NCBI RefSeq assembly: GCF_001194135.2 | Contig: NC_068990.1 | Span: 82,267,114 to 82,306,443 of the forward strand | Origin: Octopus bimaculoides | Taxonomy: Eukaryota | Length of the DNA stretch: 39,330 bases | Reading direction: 5' to 3' | Shown here: piece after piece, positions 24,370 through 36,325 of the stretch | Numbering within the stretch: the stretch's first letter is position 1 | How the letters are laid out: every line of letters starts with the position of its first letter | Made by a program: the position numbers and the translations under genes | The notes under the pieces: model-generated | Seen by the model: only the letters and a program-made list of their open reading frames with translations | The model's database searches: none | What the model was told of the DNA's origin: nothing

Positions 24370-24555
24370 TGTTGTTATATTTATTCAAATCCCAAAGAAT
24401 CCCTATGAAAACATGGCTATGATGCTCCCCCACTACTCCTGCTCATGATCAGAAATTCATATTTTTTCAGCCACTGAGTGACATACTCAAGTGGTAATGG
24501 TCAAGCAACTGACAAGGAAATCTGTGGCATTGAGCAGAATATTTTCTATAACGAT
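24370..24555 (-). mobile_element. Interspersed repeat fragment, homologous to 28072-28135
   Basis: Reverse complement GAGCAGGAGTAGTGGGGGAGCATCATAGCCATGT...GGATTCTTTGGGATTTGAATAA matches 28072+. Probably the 3' UTR of an RLE-LINE (recall). Confidence 0.7.
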
Positions 24556-24764
24556 ATTTCTGCTTCAGTAACTCAGCGCTGAATCTATCTGAAATGTAAA
24601 GAAAAATAGGTCAGTTTCAAAACATTGATGTCCAGGTCACAAAAGTAACGTTTGAAGGGAAATGTAGTCATTTTATTTGACTTCTAGATAGAACGAAGTA
24701 GGAAATAACACTTACTGACCAAAGACAGAAATACAATAAAATTAAAGTTTTGTCATTGTTGATA

Positions 24765-25160
24765 TGGACTGTTGCCACAGTAACGGAGCTAAAGGATACA
24801 GAGTGAAGCCGCTTGGCACATATTGACTTTAAACTCGGTTGTGCATGCGCACTAAGTTGTAACGATCTAGATTACTTCCGCTGTTTACAGCAGTGCTTGA
24901 AATGAAGGTGTGTAGCGTGTGATCGTCGCATTGACCATGACAGAGAAAGTTGAGCAGAGAATCTGCGTCAAATTTTGCCAATAGCTTGGCGATACCTGCT
25001 CAGAGGCCTACTCAAAGTTTTCAAAAAGTTTTCATCCTCCTTAACGCAATCAGGGAGATCTTGTGCAACTGAAATCCGAGTGTTGTTTTGGTCAGCTGAA
25101 AGCCTTTCTGGCACAAAATTTGCAGACATGCGTCTCATGTCAAAATCTTCGTTATAAAAT
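24765..25160. mobile_element. Mariner-type DNA transposon remnant with internal inversion
   Basis: + strand from 24937: MTEKVEQRICVKFCQ*LGDTCSEAYSK (mariner N-terminal HTH); - strand 25155-25015: EDFDMRRMSANFVPERLSADQNNTRISVAQDLPDCVKEDENFLK (WVPHEL-equivalent linker). Confidence 0.88.
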
Positions 25161-25274
25161 CCTTAGGAAATGCAATATATTCACTCACATTTTGTCATAG
25201 CTCACCAGAATCCATAGAAGAATTTATCCTTTTACTTTTTAAAGCTGAGGTAGTTGAGGCAACCTTGAAGAGTT

Positions 25275-25675
25275 TAGTCGATAACCCTTTTTATGTTTGG
25301 TACTTATGTTGGCATCTTTGTAACGAACCTCTAACTTACGGGGTTGTAAACAAACCAGCACCGGCTGCGAAGCGGTGTGGAGACAAGCATAAACACACAC
25401 ACATACACGCACACACAAATACTCACACATTCACACAGACACGCACGCACACAAACATTCGCACACCAACACACACGCACGCACACACGCACACACGCAC
25501 ACATTTATACGTCAGGCTTCCACACAGTTTCCCTCTACCAAACAACTAATTCAGCTCACAAGGCATTAGTCGGTCCAGGGATAAAATGTAAGACATTCGA
25601 TGATGGTGCTATGCAATGGGACCGAACTGGAAACCACGTGGTTGTGACGCCAACTTACTAACTATATATCCCACA
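25275..25675 (-). mobile_element. SINE family B, diverged, with internal (CA/CG)n
   Basis: ACTTACGGGGTTGTAAACAAACCAGCACCGG...CAGTTTCCCTCTACCAAA...CTCACAAGGCATTAGTCGG...GGGACCGAAC. Confidence 0.85.
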
Positions 25676-28005
25676 CTACACTTAATTAGACTTGCATATA
25701 CGGTTATATACAGTTTTCTTTCTTGATACGTAATCTAGATAGAGTTTCGAGGGCAGCGTAGTTGATGATAACTTAGGCGAATATTAGTAAGATGTTGATA
25801 TTTGACAAATATTGATGCCAGCTTAATATTACGGTGTTTTAATATTGTACGTATTTATATGCACATCTTAAAAAGGTTTATGATACTTGAAGCTAGCTTG
25901 ATTTCATATCTTCATCAGATAGAATAACCTACAGCATTAGCTGTAAATCTGAAAATAATGCAAATATGTACCTCTTTATTTACGCAATAAACCTCCAAAT
26001 ATTTCATAAATAAAACTTCCAAGTGATACGAAAATGCCTATTTCATACTTTTAAAAGCTTCCTGGCAAGAATATTACCAACAAGTTATGGTTAATCAGCT
26101 TTGTGATATTATTATTCATAGCTCACAACATAATATTAGCGTACGAATTTCAGAGAAAATATGGTTGATTTTTCGATTGAAATGAGAGCAGAAGATAATG
26201 AAGAGTTTTAAGATCTTATATAGAATTTAGAAGTTAGTAATATACTGACAAGCAACTAACTGTTCTGTATTGAAGAAAATATCAGGAAATACATAATGAA
26301 TATAGAATACATACATACATACAAACCAAAATACATACATTCATATATACACGAACACACACANNNNNNNNNNNNNNNNNNNNNNNNNNNNNNNNNNNNN
26401 NNNNNNNNNNNNNNNNNNNNNNNNNNNNNNNNNNNNNNNNNNNNNNNNNNNNNNNNNNNNNNNNNNNNNNNNNNNNNNNNNNNNNNNNNNNNNNNNNNNN
26501 NNNNNNNNNNNNNNNNNNNNNNNNNNNNNNNNNNNNNNNNNNNNNNNNNNNNNNNNNNNNNNNNNNNNNNNNNNNNNNNNNNNNNNNNNNNNNNNNNNNN
26601 NNNNNNNNNNNNNNNNNNNNNNNNNNNNNNNNNNNNNNNNNNNNNNNNNNNNNNNNNNNNNNNNNNNNNNNNNNNNNNNNNNNNNNNNNNNNNNNNNNNN
26701 NNNNNNNNNNNNNNNNNNNNNNNNNNNNNNNNNNNNNNNNNNNNNNNNNNNNNNNNNNNNNNNNNNNNNNNNNNNNNNNNNNNNNNNNNNNNNNNNNNNN
26801 NNNNNNNNNNNNNNNNNNNNNNNNNNNNNNNNNNNNNNNNNNNNNNNNNNNNNNNNNNNNNNNNNNNNNNNNNNNNNNNNNNNNNNNNNNNNNNNNNNNN
26901 NNNNNNNNNNNATATATATATATATATATATACATATATATATCAGTATGTAAGTAGGTAGGTAGTAAGATAATTGCATGTATTCAACTGTGTACGGAAC
27001 ACTTCCAAATTTTATGGCCAAAACTTTGTGAGAATCACATCAGAATAGTTCTATTATATTTTATATTATAGATTGTTATGGACCTCTATATTGATTCTAG
27101 GAAATCATGGCATAAAATGAAGCTGTAGATATGTTCCGTTTGTAGAGGTATGAACAATATAATAGAGAATAACCAATGTATATATTGATTTCTTACATAA
27201 TCACACACTGTCAGATTAAAAAGGATAGGAAATGAAACAATGTGATGTTCATAAATTTCCCTATAGCATTTATAATGATAGTCTAGTTAAAACAAAATGG
27301 TTGAACCCAGAAATTGAAACCGTGTTTCCGTGTCGGCTCACCAGAGGATTGAGTTTTAATCTAGACTATTGAAAAGCTGATCACGTGATGTATCGATCTA
27401 TTGATTTGCTTTTCACTTGATGAATGCTCTGCAATTCTAAGGTGATCTAGAAGTCTGAAATCCACGTGCATTTCTAAGAGAGTACAAGACGCTTGTGAAA
27501 TAAAATCATTTCATTTGCGAATATCAGCGATATTACAATATATTTTCCGGCTCCCTGTCTCATTAACCATATNNNNNNNNNNTATATATCAGTTACATAT
27601 TGTGAATGAAGGAGAAATAGATATTCTGATATTTATTCATTTTCCCCTGGATATTTGCTGCGTAAATGGAATAAAACAGTTTCGAGTTAATGAACTACTT
27701 TAGCAGTCTCACCTTCTACAGAACTTGCACTTTGTTTTATTGAGTTTACCACTGCGTTATTAATGTATTGAATTGTGAGATTGGTGAAGTAAAGAGCAAA
27801 AAGAAAAAAAAATAAGAAAGAAGAAACAAACCAATATATATACGATTGAACTAATGTTAATGCTGAGGCAGTTTAGTATCAAAATAGGCATGATATAAGA
27901 ATTATGATACACAGGTTGGAGACAAGATACTCACTGAGATTTAGTCCAATAGTCTGTTGAATGACCTACTCTACCACCACCGCTACCATCAACACCCCCG
28001 TGTTC

Positions 28006-28071
<66 letters not shown>

Positions 28072-28072
<1 letters not shown>

Positions 28073-28314
28073 GCAGAAGTAGTGGGGGAGCATCATAGTC
28101 ATGTGTTGAGAGGAATTCTTTGGGGTTTGAATAATTCACCTTTGGAAACATGGGTGTTTTGCTCAGCATCCTTAAACAAACCTTATTCAGGGGCCTTTTG
28201 AGCAGGATGGGCTACTCGACCCGAAGAAAATTCTAACTGGGCCCCACCTGAGAGGTCATGCGCTGTTTATCTTGATATGAGATCACTTTGATGGCATGCA
28301 CTGCTCTCTCACTC

Positions 28315-28315
<1 letters not shown>
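28072..28315 (+). mobile_element. Interspersed repeat (probable RLE-LINE 3' end) embedded in (AAT)n
   Basis: Homologous to 24370-24450; (AAT)n on both sides (28008-28071 and 28315-28375). The LINE 3' UTR assignment is from recall. Confidence 0.65.
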
Positions 28316-28375
<60 letters not shown>

Positions 28376-28597
28376 TTAATCCTTTCTACAAAAGGCACAA
28401 GGTCTGAAATTTGGTGGAAGGAGACTAGTTGATTACTATCGACTCCATTGTTTCACTGGTACTTAATTCATCGACCCCGAAAGGATGAAAGGCAAAGTCG
28501 ACCTCGGCGCAATTTGAATTAATAACGTAAAGATGCATGAAATGCTGCTAAGCATTTCGCTCCGTCCTGCTAACCACTATACCAGCTCACTGCCTTA
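28376..28597 (-). mobile_element. SINE family A, full length, diverged
   Basis: CTGGTACTTAATTCATCGACCCCGAAAGGATGAAAGGCAAAGTCGACCTCGGCG...CTAAGCATTTCG...CCAGCTCACTGCC. Confidence 0.92.
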
Positions 28598-28674
28598 ACA
28601 ACAACAACAACAACAACGACGACGACGACGACGATGATGATAATGATGATGATGATGAGGAAGATGACAATAGA

Positions 28675-29553
28675 AAAATCACTTCATGGCCAATACCCGG
28701 CAAGGCTTGAAGAGAAGCAGTAAACTTAAGTAAAAGCAAACAATAGCTCAAAAGCTCTGGACTAAAATCCGAAATCGAAGAACTGGTTCTCGCCGCACAA
28801 GACCAATGTCTGAATGCGAAGAACTATGAAAGCAAAACAATGAAAACAGGCCATAACAGGCCCCAAATGCAGAATGTGCAAGCACCTCAGTGAGATACTT
28901 GACCACATCATCTCTGGATGTCCAGTCCTTGTAAAATCTGAATATTTTTACAGACCACGACCAAGTAGTTATTTTCACTGGACAATATGCCACCACTACT
29001 ACATAAAATAGTATAAACATGTGTCAAAAATTGTACGAGACAACGACCAGGCCACAATCATCTGGGATATGCCTGTCCAGTGATGGATTGGATCTGTAGT
29101 CTTCGAATTAGCTTTCGCTTTTCTGACTTTGAAAAGCCTAATTTCTCAAGATTGGTACTTAGGCAGTGTGCTACGTATCCCAGGGCCCCAATAATTACAA
29201 GTATAAACCTATAAAAGCCGATCGCCTAGACATAATAATCAAGGATTGGAAAAAAACTCCAGCTTACTGATAGACATTACAGACCCTTCTGACCAAAATA
29301 TTGCCCCAAAAGAAGTGGAGAAATTGTCAAAGTACAAAGACCTTGATATGGAAGTTTTTAAGATGTGAGTCATGAAGGTGAAAGCAATACCACTTAATAA
29401 TTGGAGCACTGGACATGATAAAAAAAGAAAGAAAAATAAGGTAGGATCAAAAACGTAGAAGCTCTACCTGGATCCTCGACACTACACCCTATCCAAGAAA
29501 TAATCGTGCTGGGAACAGCTCACAGCCCACGCAAGACACCACAAATGCAATAA
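28675..29553 (+). mobile_element. R4/Dong-type RLE retrotransposon 3' ORF remnant, lineage 2
   Basis: KSLHGQYPARL...LKSSGLKSEIEELVLAAQDQCLNAKNY...CRMCKHLSEILDHIISGCPVL...IIWDMPVQ...IKADRLDIIIKD...LIDITDPSDQNIAPKEVEKLSKYKDL...IIGAL...VLGTAH; several frameshifts and stops. Confidence 0.92.
29077..29208 (-). mobile_element. Antisense insert of a lineage-1 RLE-LINE fragment
   Basis: Reads FILVIIGALGYVAHCLSTNLEKLGFSKSEKRKLIRRLQIQSITG on the minus strand and aligns at nucleotide level with 11942-12058. Confidence 0.88.
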
Positions 29554-30271
29554 TACACATGAGATGAGCAGATCATCATAACTATACAAGCCAGCGATTC
29601 TAGCAAACGGAAAGAATTCGTGTAGAACGTTTTCACTGCAGTGTGCTAATCGCTGGCAGACTCGGTTGATCGTGCTACTTCAGCTTATATAGCAATGCTC
29701 TCTAGTGACATTAGCGGCCAAGAATTTCTTGATATTTTCTATAGTTTCTGAGCTGACAGTCCTTCGAAAAAATAAATAAGCATTTTAATGTCATTTGCTA
29801 CAAAGATGATATATGATGCGACATTAATGACCAAATCAGATCATCTGTAAAACACTCATTTGTAGCCAAATGTAAACTTATTAGTTTAACAAGAGAATAA
29901 AACATGAAAGAACCAAAAAAGAAAAAAGCAGTTGATTCTCCATAAGAAGAAGTAACACAGGTAAACATGGTTTACAACGTCGAAGAAAAAAAATCAAATA
30001 ACAAAACCATTGCTTAGCTACAAATAATAAGAAAAACAAAATATTGATGTAAAGAGACTAACAGGAAATACCGAAATCTATACGATAGATAATTAACTAA
30101 ATAATTTCTGACTACCACGTCATTGATAAGTTGAAATGTATTAATAGACAGATTAAGTTAGTATCTCTGTCAACTGCGCAGTATGCTGCAAAATCAACGT
30201 GATTAAGATATCAGGGCAACATTCTAGATATGATAGTCATTTACTGGAACGAAAATCTCCGTATCCCGAGA

Positions 30272-30510
30272 GACATCTTGATTCCCTCTTACCAAAACAT
30301 TGCCCAAAAGGAATGAAAAGACTCAAAGTACAAGTGTTTTCAAACTGCTGTAATTAGGATGTGGGATATGAAAGTGAAAACAATACCAATACTAATTCGA
30401 GCATGAACTATGATAAATCATACCAAGGTAAAAATACTCCAAGATTCAAAATTGAAGAAGCCAGTAATTCAAGTTTGCGAGACACATTCTCCATCCTAAG
30501 CAAGACAACA
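30272..30510 (+). mobile_element. Decayed lineage-2 RLE-LINE fragment
   Basis: DILIPSYQNIAQKE*KDSKYK...RMWDMKVKTIPILIRA; aligns with 29275-29420. The ORF at 30361-30588 is an off-frame by-product. Confidence 0.8.
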
Positions 30511-31384
30511 CATTTCAAGAGGACGACATTAAGAGCACGTTTTCTACATATGACTCATACACTAAGCAATCCACACACAATAAAATAACATAACTGACAC
30601 AGCACATACCCTTCTAAATTCACTACTGGAAAACTATTGAGTCAATTGTGGAAACACCAGTTTTGAGTAACGTAGCGCCAGTAATATGGAGATACATGAA
30701 GTATGTCTTGAATAAATTGCCAATAGTTTCCCAGAAAAGGAGAGGAGAGGGAATTATAAAAGCTAAACCCAGCTTCATTAGAATTAGAAGTGGAATACCT
30801 TAAGATGATAAACATTTTTCACCTTTGGTGAAGTATTATTTAGTAGAGTATACCCTGCTGCAAGGGCCAGGTCGCAGGTTTGAAAATGCTTTCCTCCCTT
30901 CCACCAGGCACAAAAATATATAAATTTTGAAAAAATGGGACCTAGAAAGGAGTCAGAGACAAAAAAGAAGAGGAAAGAAGAAGTTTAATCCACATGTGTG
31001 ACCATAGTTCGAGCGTGACGCAAGTGGGGAAACAAAAAACGGCATTCAGCATCAAGGAGTTCGCAAAGCGATGTAATGTGGATTGTGAATATGCATCAGA
31101 TGTCGAATGTTAATGCGTGGTTATTTTCTTTATAGGGAGGGAGCTATGTGTGTGTTGTGTACGTGATATACGTGCGAATTTGGCGTGTGTGCTTGTGACA
31201 CTTGCATCTGCTAAGCCAACAGCAATGCATCTGTTAAGCCAGCAAGACCCAACGTAGCTCGTGCGCATTACTAATACGATGCTTAATTATTCATATTAAC
31301 TATTGCCTGAATAATCGCTTAGGTATTACACTAAGCAGCAATAAAGAGTGTCAACTGATTTATGTTTCTGTATGTATCTATGTC

Positions 31385-31490
31385 ATTATTCAGTTTATTT
31401 CGAGATTTCTTGCCAATAGAGAAAGAACCGGTTTCTAACTTAGATCCAAGGTTCCTTCATTGGAATTTCAACATCAAGAACAGGTTATTT
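31385..31490. mobile_element. Interspersed repeat copy 1, embedded in (TATG)n
   Basis: ATTTCTTGCCAATAGAGAAAGAACCGGTTTCTAACTTAGATCCAAGGTTCCTTCATTGGAATTTCAACATC is homologous to 32055-32150. Recalled as the reverse 3' end of an RLE-LINE; unverified. Confidence 0.7.
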
Positions 31491-32049
31491 TTGTATGTAT
31501 GTATGTATGTACGTATGTATGTATGTATGTATGTATGTATGTATGTATGTATGTATGTATGTATGTNNNNNNNNNNNNNNNNNNNNNNNNNNNNNNNNNN
31601 NNNNNNNNNNNNNNNNNNNNNNNNNNNNNNNNNNNNNNNNNNNNNNNNNNNNNNNNNNNNNNNNNNNNNNNNNNNNNNNNNNNNNNNNNNNNNNNNNNNN
31701 NNNNNNNNNNNNNNNNNNNNNNNNNNNNNNNNNNNNNNNNNNNNNNNNNNNNNNNNNNNNNNNNNNNNNNNNNNNNNNNNNNNNNNNNNNNNNNNNNNNN
31801 NNNNNNNNNNNNNNNNNNNNNNNNNNNNNNNNNNNNNNNNNNNNNNNNNNNNNNNNNNNNNNNNNNNNNNNNNNNNNNNNNNNNNNNNNNNNNNNNNNNN
31901 NNNNNNNNNNNNNNNNNNNNNNNNNNNNNNNNNNNNNNNNNNNNNNNNNNNNNNNNNNNNNNNNNNNNNNNNNNNNNNNNNNNNNNNNNNNNNNNNNNNN
32001 NNNNNNNNNNNNNNNNNNNNNNNNNNNNNNNNNNNNNNNNATGTATGTA

Positions 32050-32260
32050 TGTTATCAATCAGTTTCATTTCTGTATTTCTTGTCCATAGAGAAAGAGCCG
32101 GACTCTAACATATATTCAAGGCTCCTTCACTGGAACTTTTATCAACATCATCTAGGTATTTGTGCATATGTGTGTGTGTGTGCAGTATTTGGTGTTAGTG
32201 TATGCGCAGATTTGTATGTTTGTTTTATGGATGCGTTTTTATGTCTAGATGCATTATGTA
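32050..32260. mobile_element. Interspersed repeat copy 2, embedded in (TATG)n
   Basis: ATTTCTTGTCCATAGAGAAAGAGCCGGACTCTAACATATATTCAAGGCTCCTTCACTGGAAC; diverged from copy 1, so not an assembly duplicate. Confidence 0.7.
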
Positions 32261-32833
32261 TGTATGTATTTATGTATGTATGTCTGTATGTATGAAAGTA
32301 TGTACGTATGTACGTGAGTATGTATGTATCTGTCTATGTATCTACGCGCGCGCGCACACACATAAGGAATGGAAGCAGTAGTCGATTACTACAGCTGTTT
32401 GAAAACCACGTCGGATGCATCCTGCGTAACATTATGAATGCTGCATAGCTGTAAGATATGCTTTTTATGAAGTACAGCTATGAGACATGAATAATGTTAC
32501 GTAAAATACGCCCGGTATTATTTTTGAAACAGATGTAGTACTTCACTACATCTCCCATTCCCTTTATTTACAGATTGGACTATTACATTATCGGCAACTT
32601 TTATTGCTTTCGAAATGCAGTTGTTCATCTTATGGGAAATTTCTGTCTAAGCTCGATATGGAAGGAACTGTTTTTGATTTCTGATGCATTCATTAATAAA
32701 TTTTATCGATCAATTATCAAGTCATTTGTACTTTCTGTACAAAATTTGTTTTTACTAGAGACAGACAAACTGCGTTGATCACGATCACTTAACTGATTCA
32801 ACACTATTATTATTATTACTATCATTATTATTT

Positions 32834-33045
32834 AGGCAGAGTGCTGGCAGAATCGTTAGCACGCCGGGCGAAATGCTTAGCCGTATTTCGCCTCTCCTTA
32901 CGTTCTGAGTTCAAATTCTACCGAGGTCGACTTTGCCTTTCATTCTTTCGGGATCGATAAATTAAGTAACAGTTGCATTCTGGGATCGATCTAATCGGCT
33001 GCTCCACCCCAAATTTCGGACCTTATACCCAGAGTAGGAAAAATT
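32834..33045 (+). mobile_element. SINE family A, full length
   Basis: A box TGGCAGAATCG, B box GTTCAAATTC, central domain and tail; short (ATT)n on both sides. Confidence 0.93.
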
Positions 33046-33339
33046 ATTATTATTATTGTTATTATTATTATTATTACTAAGTATATACATACATACATAT
33101 ATATATATGTGTATATATATATATGCATACATATACATATATACGTCTGCATCTATATGTATTATCCATATACACACACTGATGTTTATACTGATATATA
33201 TATATATGAGTAAACTTGTACACATACCGTAAATCAATGTAGTTCCTCATTAATAATTAATGATAAAACACAGAAACCACTTCAAGTTGTACTCTGCTCT
33301 GCTAAAACTAGCTATGATTCTGCACACATCTGTTCTTAC

Positions 33340-33446
33340 TTTTGCCAGGTTTTGAACGAATAGTTTACTATCGTTTTCTCTTAAAATATTCTTCTCGCAA
33401 CCATCAGAATTTTCCAAGTGAATATAAATCAACATAGCGATTTGTG
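33340..33446 (-). CDS. Candidate 107-nt exon, phase 1 to 0: QIAMLIYIHLENSDGCEKNILRENDSKLFVQNLAK
   Basis: GATTTCGTTAG| ... AAA|GTAAGA; lies within ORF 33250-33519. Confidence 0.2.
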
Positions 33447-33899
33447 CTAACGAAATCGCTATGTATTGGTGTAAGCTTTCACCATGGTCACTGCCAAATC
33501 TTGTATTCGCCATTGACAAGATATATCATGAAACATCTTCGTCTATGTATGTATACATACATGCATGCGTACATACATGCGAAGAACATACATACGTGTA
33601 TTGAAGTGACATGCTTACTCGCTATATGAGTGCAAGTTTATCCACAAACACATATACGTAGAAACATACAGTACCACACTCGCGAATCCGTAAACTCTAA
33701 AAAAGCTATTTTTGTTTAAAGAATGGAGCCTTGTGAAAAAAACAAAAAAAAATGACCGTACTACATAACAGAGACATACTTGCGTATATGCATGGATACA
33801 TACATAAAAATACTGATATACATACCAATACCACCATTGTCGTCATTTTCGTCGTCGTCATCATCATTATCATCATCATCATCGTCATCTTCATCATCT

Positions 33900-34170
33900 T
33901 CTACGAGGCTCCGGCAGGGGATGGTGGCGAACCCTTCTGTACTCTTTCACCACAACTTTCTCTCACTCTTACTTCCTGTTTCTGTTGTGCCTGTATTTTA
34001 AAGGGTCAGCCTTGTCGCACTCTGTGTCACGCTGAATATCCCCGAGAACTACGTTAAGGGTACACGTGTCTGCGGAGTGCTCAGCCACTTGCACGTTAAT
34101 TTCACGAGCAGGCTGTTCCGTTGATCGGATCAACTGGAACCCTCGACGTCGTAAGCGACGGAGTGCCAAC
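33900..34170 (+). mobile_element. GC-rich interspersed repeat (SINE or LINE 3' end), runs into a gap
   Basis: CACGTTAATTTCACGAGCAGGCTGTTCCGTTGATCGGATCAACTGGAACCCTCG...GACGGAGTGCCAAC recalled as an abundant Octopus repeat; single copy in this window. Confidence 0.5.
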
Positions 34171-34518
34171 NNNNNNNNNNNNNNNNNNNNNNNNNNNNNN
34201 NNNNNNNNNNNNNNNNNNNNNNNNNNNNNNNNNNNNNNNNNNNNNNNNNNNNNNNNNNNNNNNNNNNNNNNNNNNNNNNNNNNNNNNNNNNNNNNNNNNN
34301 NNNNNNNNNNNNNNNNNNNNNNNNNNNNNNNNNNNNNNNNNNNNNNNNNNNNNNNNNNNNNNNNNNNNNNNNNNNNNNNNNNNNNNNNNNNNNNNNNNNN
34401 NNNNNNNNNNNNNNNNNNNNNNNNNNNNNNNNNNNNNNNNNNNNNNNNNNNNNNNNNNNNNNNNNNNNNNNNNNNNNNNNNNNNNNNNNNNNNNNNNNNN
34501 NNNNNNNNNNNNNNNNNN

Positions 34519-35542
34519 AAGGATGCGGAATACTTACAATTATCTGTGTGTGTGTGTATAGCTTTGTTCGGATATGCATGTGAGGATACGTATGCATGTA
34601 AGTATGTATGTATGTATGTATGTATGTATGTATACATGTATGTATGTATGTATGTATGCATCTATGTATGTGTGCGTGTGTTTATGCATGCATGTATATT
34701 TGTGTACATGTATGTGTGTGTATATATATATATATATGTATGTATTTGCGTATATATATGTATGCCTATATATATATATGTATATGTACATAAATATACA
34801 TGTATATGTATATATATATATATATACATGTATAACTTGAGATTTTTCTGGTTTCTTTTTTTTATTTTTTTTTTAGAATAAAATAGATATAGAAGCGAGT
34901 CGTAGGTCTTCACTGCAGAACAACAGAGATAAACCTTTCGTCTATCATCTGCTATTACAATTCAGTGACTGTTATAGCTTCATATAGTTTTAGAACTGTC
35001 AATATGTATGCAAAATAATCAGTAATTGCGCTAGTGGAACATGCTTTAACAGCAGCAACAAATAAACAGAAAATGTGCTGCTAGGCAACCATCATTCAAG
35101 CATGGATGTCACCACATTCCAGTGAAAGACTGAAAATATCGAAATGTCCGCTTACCTTGCAGACTTTCTGTTCAATCAATAAAGCAGTGAAGCACTGTCA
35201 CTAACCCAAGCTACTGGAATATTCTAACTGCCTCCGCTGTATAAGGATGCGGAATACTTACAATTATCTGTGTGTGTGTGTATAGCTTTGTTCGGATATG
35301 CATGTGAGGATACGTATGCATGTAAGTATGTATGTATGTATGTATGTATGTATGTATACATGTATGTATGTATGTATGTATGCATCTATGTATGTGTGCG
35401 TGTGTTTATGCATGCATGTATATTTGTGTACATGTATGTGTGTGTGTATATATATATATATGTATGTATTTGCGTATATATATGTATGCCTATATATATA
35501 TATGTATATGTACATAAATATACATGTATATGTATATATATA
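34519..35542 (+). repeat. Near-identical direct repeat of about 300 bp (34519-34820 and 35243-35542), offset 724 bp
   Basis: Both copies begin AAGGATGCGGAATACTTACAATTATCTG and are nearly identical, including the degenerate microsatellite pattern. Confidence 0.95.
35156..35236 (-). other. Candidate 81-nt non-coding (UTR or lncRNA) exon
   Basis: CCTTATACAG| ... CAAG|GTAAGC; stops in all three frames. Confidence 0.25.
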
Positions 35543-35630
35543 NNNNNNNNNNNNNNNNNNNNNNNNNNNNNNNNNNNNNNNNNNNNNNNNNNNTATATAT
35601 ACATATCTATATATATGTATATATACATAC

Positions 35631-35677
<47 letters not shown>

Positions 35678-35940
35678 TGTGTGTGTGTGTGTAGATGCAC
35701 ACGCCAAAACGTATGCATGTATGCATCTCCGATCATGTTAGATCGGTAAGCAGGTCGTTGCTAAACTGACAGTGATTCTGATGTGACATGAGAGCAGACT
35801 AGATTTTTTAGCTTAGCAAACATAAAAGATGCTTATTAATGTTACTGCGATTGTTCTGAATCTTCAGAATCGACTCTGCATACGATCACTCCAGCATCAC
35901 ATGTGTACATATACGCATGCGTAGTACATATATATATTCT

Positions 35941-36325
35941 TTTATTATTTTATTTGTTTCAGTCATTTGACTACAGCCATGCTAGAGCACCGCCTTTAGT
36001 CGAGCAAATCGACCCTAGGACTTATTCTTTGTAAGCCTAGTAGTTATTCTATCGGTCTCTCTTGTCGAACTGCTAAGTTACGGGGTCGTAAATACACCAG
36101 CACCGGTTGTCAGGCGATGTTGGGGAGTGGGGCAGACACAGACACACAAACATATACATACATATATACATATATATACGACGGGCTTCTTTCCGGTTCC
36201 GTCTAGGCTTTGGTCGGCCCGAGGCTATAGTAGAAGACACTTCTCCAAGGTGCAACGCCGTGGGACTGGACCCAGAGCCATGTGGTTGGTAAGCGAGCTA
36301 TATACCACACAGCCGCTCCAGCGGC
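35941..36325 (-). mobile_element. SINE family B, near full length
   Basis: High identity to 6421-6872, with a roughly 20-nt deletion (ACCAAATCCACTCACA region). Confidence 0.93.

Noticed and set aside
24717-24771. Candidate hydrophobic exon TLILLYFCLWS that could supply a TM helix for 4742-5077
   Set aside because: Its acceptor lies inside the mariner left arm and the link would be pure conjecture.
30361-30588. 75-aa ORF with plausible composition
   Set aside because: It is an alternative frame of a decayed RLE-LINE fragment.
31203-31246. About 20-bp direct repeat TGCATCTG(C/T)TAAGCCA
   Set aside because: Two copies only; a small local duplication with no further structure.
15376-32450. Shared 15-mer ATGAATGCTGCATAG at about 15376 and 32433
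   Set aside because: About one such match is expected by chance in 39 kb of AT-rich DNA, and it does not extend.
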